A stretch of 51,340 nt of DNA from Candidatus Aenigmatarchaeota archaeon (GTDB lineage Archaea > Aenigmatarchaeota > Aenigmatarchaeia > GW2011-AR5), in the NCBI GenBank assembly GCA_041645025.1, contig JBAZQV010000002.1, positions 1 to 51,340 of the forward strand, written 5' to 3'. A program made the translations under genes and the position numbers. Positions 27,330-35,353 of this stretch are shown one piece after another (positions within the stretch are counted from its first letter, which is position 1; each line of letters begins with the position of its first letter). Below the pieces are notes generated by a model. The model was not told where the DNA came from and made no database searches. It saw nothing but the letters and a program-made list of their open reading frames with translations.

Positions 27330-27890
27330 ATGAAGGAATCAACTTGCTTAGTATTAGATTTTTTGCCAAACGGCTATGCCGACCGGAGGCATACAGAACC
27401 TGTAGCCCAGGCTATAGGCACCTCTTTCTTCTCCCTGCTTGAGCTGGTCACGCGGGAAAATGTTTCATTGGCACAGGAAGAAGAGGTTTACATAGGCGAG
27501 GGCAAGAGGGACAAGATTAGGTTCATAAGGGGCCAGCTGGAATACCGGGATTTGACAAGCATGGCAAAGAACATGCTGCCGGAAATGGTTGAAAAGCTTG
27601 TCCGAAAGAACGAGCAGAGATTTGTGGAATTCTTCAACAAGGGAACAATCGTTACGCCAAGAATGCACCAGTTTCAGCTGCTTCCGGGCGTAGGCAAAAA
27701 ACACATGATTGACATATTGGCAGAAAGGAAGAAGCCGTTCGCAAGCTTTACCGATATTTCCGAAAGGGTGAAGCTGTTTCCAGATCCGGTAAAGACTATA
27801 GTGCGACGCGTGCTTCAGGAACTCGAAGGCGACGAGAAATATTATCTTTTCGCCATAAGGCAGCGAAGGATGGAGACAGGAAGATTCTAG
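27330..27890 (+). CDS. DUF655-family archaeal protein (OB-like N-terminal part plus helix-hairpin-helix), 186 aa
   Basis: VLDFLPNGY...GEGKRDKI... and HhH-like FQLLPGVGKKHMIDILAERKK. Sits in the archaeal L21e/RpoF neighbourhood. Confidence 0.7.
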   Translation: MKESTCLVLDFLPNGYADRRHTEPVAQAIGTSFFSLLELVTRENVSLAQEEEVYIGEGKRDKIRFIRGQLEYRDLTSMAKNMLPEMVEKLVRKNEQRFVEFFNKGTIVTPRMHQFQLLPGVGKKHMIDILAERKKPFASFTDISERVKLFPDPVKTIVRRVLQELEGDEKYYLFAIRQRRMETGRF

Positions 27891-27966
27891 CGGCCAGACT
27901 AGATATTTTGATTTAAAAAGGTTTGGAGCCAAGATGGGTTAGAATTTCGATAAAGAGTGATTGAGT

Positions 27967-28260
27967 ATGGTACAAAAATCATATGGAAAAATGCGGGGAA
28001 GCAGGAAAAAGATGAGGAACCCGGCCAAGCCGACGCTTACAGATATGCTTAGAAAATTCAAGGTCGGTGAACAGGTTCATATCGTTATAAGATCCAGCGG
28101 CAGCTTTCAGAACCCGAAGTTTCACGGCAAAACAGGAACTATTCTTGCCAAATCAGGAAGATCTTATCTTATCAGCGTGAAAGATGGTTCAGCCATGAAG
28201 AAGATTTATCTGGAACCTGAGCACCTAAAGCCTTATGTTTTGCAGAAGAGTTCGGAGTAA
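27967..28260 (+). CDS. rpl21e: 50S ribosomal protein L21e
   Basis: MVQKSYGKMRGSRKKMRN..FKVGEQVHIVIRSSGSFQNPKFHGKTGTI..VKDGSAMKKIYLEPEHLKP matches the L21e pattern. Start set to the ATG 6 nt inside the TTG-started track ORF. Confidence 0.85.
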   Translation: MVQKSYGKMRGSRKKMRNPAKPTLTDMLRKFKVGEQVHIVIRSSGSFQNPKFHGKTGTILAKSGRSYLISVKDGSAMKKIYLEPEHLKPYVLQKSSE

Positions 28261-28261
28261 T

Positions 28262-28473
28262 AGGAGATCTCTCAAATAAATGAACTTTAATATTACGAGA
28301 TCTCCTTTATAGCAAACTCAACAAAAGTTCAAATATCATTGAGATTTGCTATAAGCTTTTCAAAAAAATTAACCGAAACAGAAAATTTGTATATTGAGAA
28401 CTTTGATTAACCCCATAATTTGTCAAAGTTCACAACAAGGACTTTGAATGAAATATATATTATTCAAAGTCCT
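28262..28473. repeat. Array of four consecutive, mutually unrelated strong hairpins between rpl21e and rpoF
   Basis: A: 28262-28271/28297-28306 (10 bp). B: 28309-28319/28341-28352 (11 bp, one bulge). C: 28398-28406/28423-28431 (9 bp). D: 28438-28449/28462-28473 (12 bp). Loops are 12-25 nt and AT-rich. C plus D recur at 35576-35670. Confidence 0.7.
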
Positions 28474-28490
28474 CTATTGGAGATGGTATA

Positions 28491-28820
28491 ATGGAGATAA
28501 CTTCCGAGGAAGATTTGAGTATACACGATGCAAAGAGAATAATAGACGAACGCAAGAAGGAAAGAGACCTTGTCTATGACCAGAAGATATGTTTGGAATA
28601 TCTGGAAAAGGTAGCGACGCTCACCCAGACGCAGGTAAAGAACCTTATGGAAGAGCTTACCAAGATAAGCATACTTAAGCCGCGCTATGTGGCACTAATA
28701 CTCGGCATGATGCCTGACACGGAAGAGGAAGTGGAAACACTTTTCTCCAAGGAAAGAACAAATCTCAAAAAAGAAGAGATTAAAAAGATTGTCGAGATTG
28801 TCAAGAAATACAAGAAGTAA
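28491..28820 (+). CDS. rpoF: DNA-directed RNA polymerase subunit Rpo4 (F)
   Basis: 109 aa. Supported by the pattern ..RKKERDLVYDQKICLEYLEKVA..QVKNLMEEL..ILKPRYVALILGMMPDTEEEVETLF and the conserved position next to rpl21e and DUF655. Confidence 0.75.
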   Translation: MEITSEEDLSIHDAKRIIDERKKERDLVYDQKICLEYLEKVATLTQTQVKNLMEELTKISILKPRYVALILGMMPDTEEEVETLFSKERTNLKKEEIKKIVEIVKKYKK

Positions 28821-28879
28821 GCCTCTTTCTTTTCAAAAAGAAAGACCCTTGGGAGAAAGAAAACTTATTATTTATTTGG
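28818..28879 (+). terminator. Repeated post-stop-codon hairpin element T, copy 1
   Basis: TAAGCCTCTTTCTTT-loop-AAGAAAGACCCTTGGGAGAAAGAAA..TTATTATTTATTTGG. Nearly the same ~60 nt follows the aspS remnant at 36738-36798. Lies between convergent genes. Confidence 0.5.
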
Positions 28880-28895
28880 CTCGCTGTCAAAAAAC

Positions 28896-29216
28896 TTATA
28901 TTTTAATTTTCGGCCTCAGTTCAACTTCCTCAAAAGAGCCTTTCAGGAGGATTTCTTCGAGTTTTATCAGTGACTTTGCTCTTCCGTTATCTGTGTTCAG
29001 CGAATACAACTGGACCCGTCCTATTTTCCTTGTAGGCTTGATTATCTTATTTTTTATTAATTCGGGAAATATCTTGTACAAAGTCGGTCTTGATATTTTG
29101 CAGTTGTCAGCAATGTCTTTTTTTGTGTAGTCTATGCCCACTCCTTCGATAAGGAAATCCAGTATTCTGTTCTCTATAGAGTCTCCGATTACTTCCAGCA
29201 GCATCGATTTTTCCAT
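28896..29216 (-). CDS. Winged-helix transcriptional regulator, 106 aa, start trimmed
   Basis: ENRILDFLIEGVGIDYTKKDIADNCKISRPTLYKIFPELIKNKIIKPTRKIGRVQLYSLN. AAGGTGGA lies just upstream of the ATG at 29216. Confidence 0.7.
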   Translation of the reverse strand: MEKSMLLEVIGDSIENRILDFLIEGVGIDYTKKDIADNCKISRPTLYKIFPELIKNKIIKPTRKIGRVQLYSLNTDNGRAKSLIKLEEILLKGSFEEVELRPKIKI

Positions 29217-29288
29217 ATGTCCACCTTTTCCAGCTATATACATACGTACAATTATTAAGTATTTAAAACTTTACATGCATGTAAACTT

Positions 29289-29570
29289 ATGGATAATGAC
29301 TTGATACGCGCAAAGTTACTGTTTTCATTGGCGCGCCATAGAAAGTGGGGCGAATGTCACACTGCTTATGAAAATATGATGAGGCAATTTCGTTCCCAAA
29401 ATTTAGGAAAAGAGGGAATGAAAATTGCAACAAAAATTGGAGAAGAACTTATGCGCGAAGGGTTTATAATTAAGAAGCCGACAAATTATGGCCTGCAAGT
29501 TTCTCTTAATCCAAGAAAACCCCAGGAAATAAAGGAACTGATAAAAAAGAATATAGGGTTTGATATTTGA
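29289..29570 (+). CDS. Hypothetical small protein (93 aa), possibly wHTH-like
   Basis: ORF shares a 4-nt ATGA overlap with the following PP2C-like gene. No clear motif. Confidence 0.4.
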   Translation: MDNDLIRAKLLFSLARHRKWGECHTAYENMMRQFRSQNLGKEGMKIATKIGEELMREGFIIKKPTNYGLQVSLNPRKPQEIKELIKKNIGFDI

Positions 29571-30370
29571 TGAAAGTCGATTTTGTTTTCGACGAAGGCT
29601 CTAGCAAGGAAGACACTTACCTGATAGGCCAAAATATATTCGGCGTTTTTGACGGTGCCAACAGCATAAACAAGTTCTTCGATGAAAACGGCAAGTCAGG
29701 CGGATTAATGGCAGCTTCAATTGTAAGAGACGAATTCGCAGCGAATAAAGGAACGCTGAAAGAAATGGCTATCAAAGCTAATAATATCCTTAGAAAGAAA
29801 ATGATCTCCAATAACATTGATGTATCAGACAAAGCCAGTCTTTGGTGCACTACGGCTGCTGCTGTGAGAATAAAAAACAAAACGTTTGAATGGCTCCATG
29901 TGGCGGATTCCCTGATTCTTGTCATATACATGGATGATTCGTTCAAGCTTTTGGCTCATGATTACGATCATGACAGGGGTGCTATGATTGTCTGGAAAAA
30001 ACTTGCCCAAGAAAAAAGGAAAAATATTCATGACATTATATGGAAGAAAACTCCTCATACCAGATTCAAATCGAACGAGGCATATGGCATGATTAACGGA
30101 GAAGAGAAATTTTCAAAATTTATCCTGACAGGCGAAGAGAATCTTGAGAACGTAAAGCACATACTAATTTTCACTGATGGCTTAATACTTCCAAAAGAAG
30201 ATCCGGAAAAGGAAGATAATTTCAATGCTTTTGTCAGGTTATTCCTCAAGGGCGGACTAAAGAACGTAATGCAATATGTAAGAGACTTGGAAAAAGACGA
30301 TCCTGAGTGCTGGAAATATCCGCGATATAAACAATATGACGATATAACAGCGATTTCTATTTCTTTTTAA
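29567..30370 (+). CDS. PP2C/SpoIIE-like protein phosphatase, 267 aa
   Basis: GVFDGANS (DGxxG-like metal motif) and ILIFTDGLILP (TDG motif). Confidence 0.55.
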   Translation: MMKVDFVFDEGSSKEDTYLIGQNIFGVFDGANSINKFFDENGKSGGLMAASIVRDEFAANKGTLKEMAIKANNILRKKMISNNIDVSDKASLWCTTAAAVRIKNKTFEWLHVADSLILVIYMDDSFKLLAHDYDHDRGAMIVWKKLAQEKRKNIHDIIWKKTPHTRFKSNEAYGMINGEEKFSKFILTGEENLENVKHILIFTDGLILPKEDPEKEDNFNAFVRLFLKGGLKNVMQYVRDLEKDDPECWKYPRYKQYDDITAISISF

Positions 30371-31586
30371 CCTTCACTTTTACATTATGTATTGCAAGGA
30401 CATCAAGTTCTTTGCAAATACATGCCTGACCCAGAATGCTGCTCACAGAAGGCGTTGTCCGTCCGTTGTCGCCGCTTATTAGTTCCTTTACATACAGCCC
30501 TGCTTCGCATTTTACCACTATAGAAAATTTCTTTTTGTTTATGAACGCTGCCTTGAGCGTCTTTATTTTTCTATGACGAAATTTGTCGGCGCGGCGGTGA
30601 AGAACACGCTCAGGCGTTTTCTGTTTTATGCTGCCGACAAGCTGATTGAGTTTTTTCAAATCATTTCTTGATATATTTTCACATATAACTGTTGCCTTGT
30701 AAGTTTTGTCCGCACGCTCCTCCTTTATACGCCGGACCTCGGCTATGTTTGACACACGCAGGTTTCTTATTTTGATTCCTTTGGCTACTTTTTTTGTCAG
30801 TGCCTTAAGATTCATTTTTCTTTTTTGCGACTCCAGTATCTCCAATACAAAAGGCCGCCAGCCGAGGCAGCGCGCATCAATGTCTTCACGGCCTAATCCG
30901 TGAAGCTTGCTAGACTTGCCTTTTGTAGCAATCAGGAATGGTTTTGCCATTATTTCTTCTATGGAGGTCTTGTATTTTTTTGAAGGCCAGCGCGTCTGAG
31001 GAATTCCACGAATAAGTTTCTGGTATTCACCGTAAAAGAAAAGCGGATTCAGCTGGATGTCGGGTTTTCCTTCTGGCATGTCAATTATAAAATTCACATC
31101 AGGATTCTGATTAAATTTTGCACCGGTCTTTTTTTCAACAAGCTTGCCAATTTCCCTGTTCAATTCTGCCTTTATTGGCTCGCAATAATCGATTCCCACA
31201 TTTTCCCATAAGTTTTCCTCACGTGAAATCATGTCAAAGGACAGTTTGGTTCCGATTAAAAATGTTGAGAATTCATATTTCTTTGCAGCTTTCGCGACTT
31301 TGACGGATATTTTTTCCAGGCTATCAAAAATTCCTTCACACACAGAGCATTTTTTCTTTTCAATATTTTTTGCGTCGAGTTTGTGGAAATTGAAACCGTG
31401 AAAATTCGAGAGGTCGAGGTCGCCGAAATAATCCTCCTGGTCGATGCTCATGGCTACTAGCGTGCGCAGCAGACGGCCACGCTGTACGTTTGTGTATCCG
31501 CTTAGAAGCTGGGCGAACTGGCGGCCCAGACATGAGTCACAAACAGGCTGTCTCAGTATTCGGTGCGCTTTTTCCTGTATTTGCAT
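30357..31586 (-). CDS. pus10: tRNA pseudouridine(54/55) synthase Pus10
   Basis: N-terminal Zn motif VCDSCLGRQFA..CSVCEG, THUMP-like middle, and catalytic block HGLGREDIDARCLGWRPFVLEI. Confidence 0.85.
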   Translation of the reverse strand: MQIQEKAHRILRQPVCDSCLGRQFAQLLSGYTNVQRGRLLRTLVAMSIDQEDYFGDLDLSNFHGFNFHKLDAKNIEKKKCSVCEGIFDSLEKISVKVAKAAKKYEFSTFLIGTKLSFDMISREENLWENVGIDYCEPIKAELNREIGKLVEKKTGAKFNQNPDVNFIIDMPEGKPDIQLNPLFFYGEYQKLIRGIPQTRWPSKKYKTSIEEIMAKPFLIATKGKSSKLHGLGREDIDARCLGWRPFVLEILESQKRKMNLKALTKKVAKGIKIRNLRVSNIAEVRRIKEERADKTYKATVICENISRNDLKKLNQLVGSIKQKTPERVLHRRADKFRHRKIKTLKAAFINKKKFSIVVKCEAGLYVKELISGDNGRTTPSVSSILGQACICKELDVLAIHNVKVKVKKK

Positions 31587-31623
31587 AAGAATATTTGTTT
31601 GCGGAACTTAAAAAGAAAAATGA

Positions 31624-31810
31624 TAGCGAGGGTAGGACATTCCCAAACTTTCCCTTTTGATTAAACTTTTCGGAAAAGTTTGTTTTGAACCTACGACCTA
31701 TACCCAACAAAGCTGAACTTTGTTTCCGGGTGTCCTAGATCAACCTATGGGCCATTCGCACTTACATTGAATGTAAGATCGACGAGCACTCCAGGCTGCT
31801 CTACCTCGCT
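31624..31810 (-). tRNA. Intron-rich tRNA gene (~187 nt, at least two and probably three introns). Anticodon unresolved; CAU (initiator-like Met) is favoured and UAC is possible.
   Basis: Hand fold: acceptor AGCGAGG/CCUCGCU with discriminator A and an A1:U72 pair. D arm GAGC-AGCCUGGAGU-GCUC. T stem GUAGG/CCUAC with loop UUCAAA[~46 nt insert]U. There are 66 extra nt between the anticodon stem 5' strand (UCGAU) and variable loop AGGUC, including a BHB-like fold (ACCC/GGGU helix, GGA and AUA bulges, 7-bp AACAAAG/CUUUGUU hairpin). Confidence 0.7.
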
Positions 31811-31834
31811 ATACTTCTAATAAAATCCTTTAGG

Positions 31835-31843
31835 TTTTAAATA
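31835..31843 (-). promoter_or_regulatory. TATA-box-like element upstream of the tRNA
   Basis: Minus-strand TATTTAAAA is centred ~29 nt upstream of tRNA position 1. Confidence 0.35.
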
Positions 31844-31925
31844 GACATATTGAAATGCATCACAGAAAAATTACAAAAAACATTCTTGCACAAATAAATA
31901 TGGGCGGAATTCAATAGTATTGTAT

Positions 31926-32639
31926 ATGGGGGAACGTGGTACAGCTTACCGAAGTGACCGAATACGACGCACGCACGCTAAGATACCTTTTCCTATTTAT
32001 CCTGGTACAACTTTCATCGGTTATGATGAATCTGGATTCTTTCCGCCAAAGACTGATGAATATGCAGCACGGTTCAAGCGAATGGTGCTTTGTGCAACAC
32101 TGTCAAATAACCCTGTTGATGGCGCAGTATTTACACATGCCACAGAACTTGCATCCTATATTCATCAGTCAGGTAGTAAACAACCACAACGATTATGGAC
32201 AGAATTAAATGGTGCTCACTCGAGAAGTCCTGTACTCAGCAAAAATAGTATTGCAGCAAGAATGGTTTGTGTAGCCAGACTTATTATGGAACTTGGCTAT
32301 ACGGGTTCTGTTGCCGCGCCTGCATATATAGACAGGTTCTGGCCAAGACAGTTTGACGGATTATTCTATTCGATTTTAGGATATTACGGCGTTAAAGATT
32401 TCGGGAACTCATTGTATATTGAACATCACGCAGATACCCATGTTCGCATTGTTAAAGATGCAGAAAGAGAGGCAAAGCATCTCTGGCACTCTCCTTCAAG
32501 GCATAGTGATCATGCAGATTCTTTTCTTGATGTTTCACCTGATGAAATTGCTCGATGTATGGCTTACATGGCAAAAAACGAAGGTGCGGAATTAAAAGGG
32601 CTGCGTGATTTTGAGTTCCGTGATACATCTTCTCTTTGA
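31926..32639 (+). CDS. Hypothetical protein, 237 aa
   Basis: Long ORF. The only suggestive motif is FIGYDESGFF (DESG as in DUF3800/RNase H-like N termini). Assignment not supported further. Confidence 0.45.
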   Translation: MGERGTAYRSDRIRRTHAKIPFPIYPGTTFIGYDESGFFPPKTDEYAARFKRMVLCATLSNNPVDGAVFTHATELASYIHQSGSKQPQRLWTELNGAHSRSPVLSKNSIAARMVCVARLIMELGYTGSVAAPAYIDRFWPRQFDGLFYSILGYYGVKDFGNSLYIEHHADTHVRIVKDAEREAKHLWHSPSRHSDHADSFLDVSPDEIARCMAYMAKNEGAELKGLRDFEFRDTSSL

Positions 32640-32745
32640 TGCCTAACAAAAATTATTTTTTCATAATGCCTATAAAGCCTTTTTCTTCAAACACTATAAT
32701 TATTGCAATGAATGTAGTTCAATATAAGCATGAGGTGGTAATACT

Positions 32746-33429
32746 TTGACAAAAATATTGGGCATAGACGAGTCCGGTAGAACTCTATGAGTACCGTTAG
32801 GCCCTGTCTGTGGTCCCATGACAATTTGTGGCTATATAATAGAACAGGATAAGCTAGCGGAGCTGAAGGGAATGGGTGTCAAGGACTCGAAGCTTCTTAC
32901 GGGGGCAAAACGCGGCGAACTTTACCCGCTTCTAAAGAAACTCGCTCATGATTTTGTTGTCCTGAAGATTTCTGCGGAGGAAATCGATAAGTTGCGCAGC
33001 GAAAGCAATCTAAATGCAATGGAAATAGAACGAATGCAGCATATTATAAACATGTTCAATCCGGACAAAGTAATAATAGACTCGCCAGAAGTGGATACTA
33101 AGAATTTTTCCAAAAAAGTAATGGCTAAGGTGAAAAACAAAAAGATGGAGATTGTAGCTGAGAATTTTGCCGATAAAAAATATCCGGTCGTGGGCGCTGC
33201 TTCCATACTGGCAAAGGTGGAACGGGACCGTGAAATAGCAAAACTGCACAAAAAATATGGCTTCTTTGGCAGCGGATATCCGAGCGACGAAATCACTATT
33301 AGGTTTTTAAAGGATTGGATTAAAAAGAATAAAGAGTTTCCCCCTTTTGTGCGCAAAAGCTGGTTCACTGCCCACTGGATAAAGGAGGAAAAAGAGCAGA
33401 AAAGTATCGGGAAATTTTTGGGCAAGTAA
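32746..33429 (+). CDS. rnhB: Ribonuclease HII, interrupted after codon 12 by an 18-nt BHB-flanked insert with an in-frame TGA; proposed as join(32746..32780,32799..33429)
   Basis: TTG start is preceded by GAGGTGG. Translation reads LTKILGIDESGR|TL*VPL|GPVCGPMTICGY... The downstream body has typical RNase HII blocks (KDSKLL, IIDSPEVD, GAASILAKVERD, GSGYPSD). The ORF-track start (32818) would remove the catalytic DE motif. Confidence 0.75.
32781..32798 (+). other. Candidate 18-nt bulge-helix-bulge intron in the rnhB mRNA
   Basis: See the first finding. Central helix 32775-32778/32793-32796, 3-nt bulges 32779-32781 and 32797-32799, inner helix 32782-32785/32789-32792. Confidence 0.5.
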
Positions 33430-33511
33430 AGCAGGAGTAAATAGAAACGTTTGAATAATGATGTGAAAGGCGGACGAAAGCACGGTCGTCTGCTATAGTA
33501 ATGGTGTTTGA

Positions 33512-33757
33512 ATGGGATACGATAAATTGAATTTTCATGCTTACGAGTCAATGGAAGCTGATTTGCTTCAAAGACATGAAGGCGAATATGTTGCGTTTCT
33601 TCATGGAGCGTTTGTTGGGCATGATCCAGACAGGCAAACCCTAATAGACCGTGTATATAATGAATTTAATGATGGTAACATGTTCGTAACCAAGGTTGGG
33701 GAAGAGATACCGAGAGTCAGACTTAGACGACCATTTCCAAGGATAGTTGGTGTATAA
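33512..33757 (+). CDS. Small hypothetical protein, 81 aa
   Basis: ORF. The HEGEYVAFLHGAFVGHDPDRQTL pattern resembles small archaeal antitoxin-like families. Low support. Confidence 0.4.
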   Translation: MGYDKLNFHAYESMEADLLQRHEGEYVAFLHGAFVGHDPDRQTLIDRVYNEFNDGNMFVTKVGEEIPRVRLRRPFPRIVGV

Positions 33758-34031
33758 AATGGGATTGAAATCTTACTTTGATGTTGAACTGAGAACAACA
33801 GTTATCTATGTGATTGTTGCTGTAGTCATGGGCTATGTTTCTATAATAATTAACCATACCGCCTTCGCGGCGCTTGCTTCTATAATAGTTATGGTGCTGC
33901 TGACATTTGTTTTGCGTGCTGTCTTTAAGATAAAGCAGGATGCAAAGTGGTGGCTGGGCAACGGAGTTATTGTCTATCTGTTCTTATGGATTATAGTGTG
34001 GACGATTTTCTACAATGCTTACATAATGTAG
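33747..34031 (+). CDS. Small integral membrane protein (three predicted TM helices), 94 aa
   Basis: Hydrophobic segments VIYVIVAVVMGYVSIII, FAALASIIVMVLLTFVL and VIVYLFLWIIVWTIF. The stop abuts the aspS start. Confidence 0.5.
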   Translation: MVYKMGLKSYFDVELRTTVIYVIVAVVMGYVSIIINHTAFAALASIIVMVLLTFVLRAVFKIKQDAKWWLGNGVIVYLFLWIIVWTIFYNAYIM

Positions 34032-35342
34032 GTGAGACTCATCAAGGCAAAAGAAACTGAAGAAAGATTTTACACAACAGACGCTGTGAAGATGGCTGGA
34101 AAGCGTGTAACTGTTTTTGGCTGGGTCCGCAAAACAAGGGACCTGGGAAGCCTGATGTTTATTGTTCTCTACGACCGGAAGGGCGAGCTCCAGGTAACAT
34201 TGAAAAAAGGCGACAAGAATTTTGAGATGGCTGGGAAAATATCCAGAGAGAGCGTCCTTAGGGTTACGGGCACTGTCACAAAAAATGAAAAGGCGCCAGG
34301 CGGAATCGAGCTTAATCCGGATGAAATAGAAGTCATTGCCAGAGCAGAGTCGCCTCTTCCTTTGGAGACAGATCCGAAAATAAAATCCGAACTGGATACT
34401 CGGATAGACAACAGATTCATTGATCTTCGCAAGAAGGAGAATGCTGCTATCTTTGTGATAAAAGACGTAATTTACAGGAGCTTCATTGAATATCTTGAGA
34501 AAGAAGGTTTCACGCTGATGCACACACCGTGCATCATTGCTGCAGCGACTGAGGGCGGTACCAATCTTTTCCCGCTTTCTTACTTTGACAAGGAAGCTTT
34601 CCTGGTGCAGAGCCCGCAGCTCTACAAGCAGATGTTGATGGCTTCTACCTTTGACAAAGTAATGATAATCACTCCGGCATTCCGCGCTGAAGAACACAAT
34701 ACAATCCGCCACCTTAATGAGTGCATTCAGATGGACATAGAGACGGCTTTCGTGAAGGACGAGGAGGGCGCGCTGAAATATGCCGAGGGTGTTATAAATT
34801 ATATTTACAGACAGGTTACTGAAAAATGCAAAGAGGAGCTGAAAGCGCTTAACAGAGAGCTGGAAGTGCCCAAACTTCCTTTCAAACGAATGACTTATGA
34901 TGATGCACTCAAGTTTCTGAAGAAGGAAGGAATTAACATAGAATGGGGCAATGACTTCACGCCAGAAGCAGAGAAGATGATAGGCAAGCATTTCAATCCT
35001 GTTATAGTAACAAAATGGCCGACAGACATACGCGCTTTCTACTCAATGCCGGAGCCGGGCAACGAAAAAATCTGCCGCGGTTATGACATGCTCATAGACG
35101 GCACGGAAGCCATGTCAGGCGCGCAGCGGGTTCATGATTACAAGCAGCTGGTTGACATATTGAAAAAGCGCGGCATGAACCCAGACAATTTCAAGTTCTA
35201 CACAGACGCGTTTAGATACGGCATACCACCCCACGCGGGCTGGAGCTTCGGTCTTGAGCGGCTGACCATGTTCATCTGCGGACTCAAGAACATCCGCGAA
35301 GCAACTTTGTGGCCTAGAGACAGAACAAGGCTGACACCATAG
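34032..35342 (+). CDS. aspS: Aspartyl-tRNA synthetase, archaeal/eukaryotic type (GTG start)
   Basis: OB anticodon-binding N terminus. Class II motifs FRAEEHNTIRHLNE and GIPPHAGWSFGLERL. 436 aa. Confidence 0.9.
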   Translation: MRLIKAKETEERFYTTDAVKMAGKRVTVFGWVRKTRDLGSLMFIVLYDRKGELQVTLKKGDKNFEMAGKISRESVLRVTGTVTKNEKAPGGIELNPDEIEVIARAESPLPLETDPKIKSELDTRIDNRFIDLRKKENAAIFVIKDVIYRSFIEYLEKEGFTLMHTPCIIAAATEGGTNLFPLSYFDKEAFLVQSPQLYKQMLMASTFDKVMIITPAFRAEEHNTIRHLNECIQMDIETAFVKDEEGALKYAEGVINYIYRQVTEKCKEELKALNRELEVPKLPFKRMTYDDALKFLKKEGINIEWGNDFTPEAEKMIGKHFNPVIVTKWPTDIRAFYSMPEPGNEKICRGYDMLIDGTEAMSGAQRVHDYKQLVDILKKRGMNPDNFKFYTDAFRYGIPPHAGWSFGLERLTMFICGLKNIREATLWPRDRTRLTP

Positions 35343-35353
35343 GCATCTTTTTT

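Noticed and set aside
28262-28473. CRISPR array
   Set aside because: The four hairpins have different sequences. There is no direct repeat separated by unique spacers, and there are no cas genes.
32788-32790. The in-frame TGA in rnhB as a recoded sense codon (Sec, Trp or Gly reassignment)
   Set aside because: TGA clearly terminates several well-defined genes here (9241..10386, 11540..12418, 29289..29570, 35689..36081). The six codons around it also interrupt an invariant motif, so read-through would still disrupt the active site.
32946-33551. 201-aa minus-strand ORF
   Set aside because: It is antisense to the rnhB body, which carries the RNase HII motifs.
33984-34991. 335-aa ORF on the minus strand
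   Set aside because: It lies entirely antisense to aspS, which has unambiguous class II synthetase motifs. It has no motifs of its own and low-complexity composition, so it is a shadow ORF.
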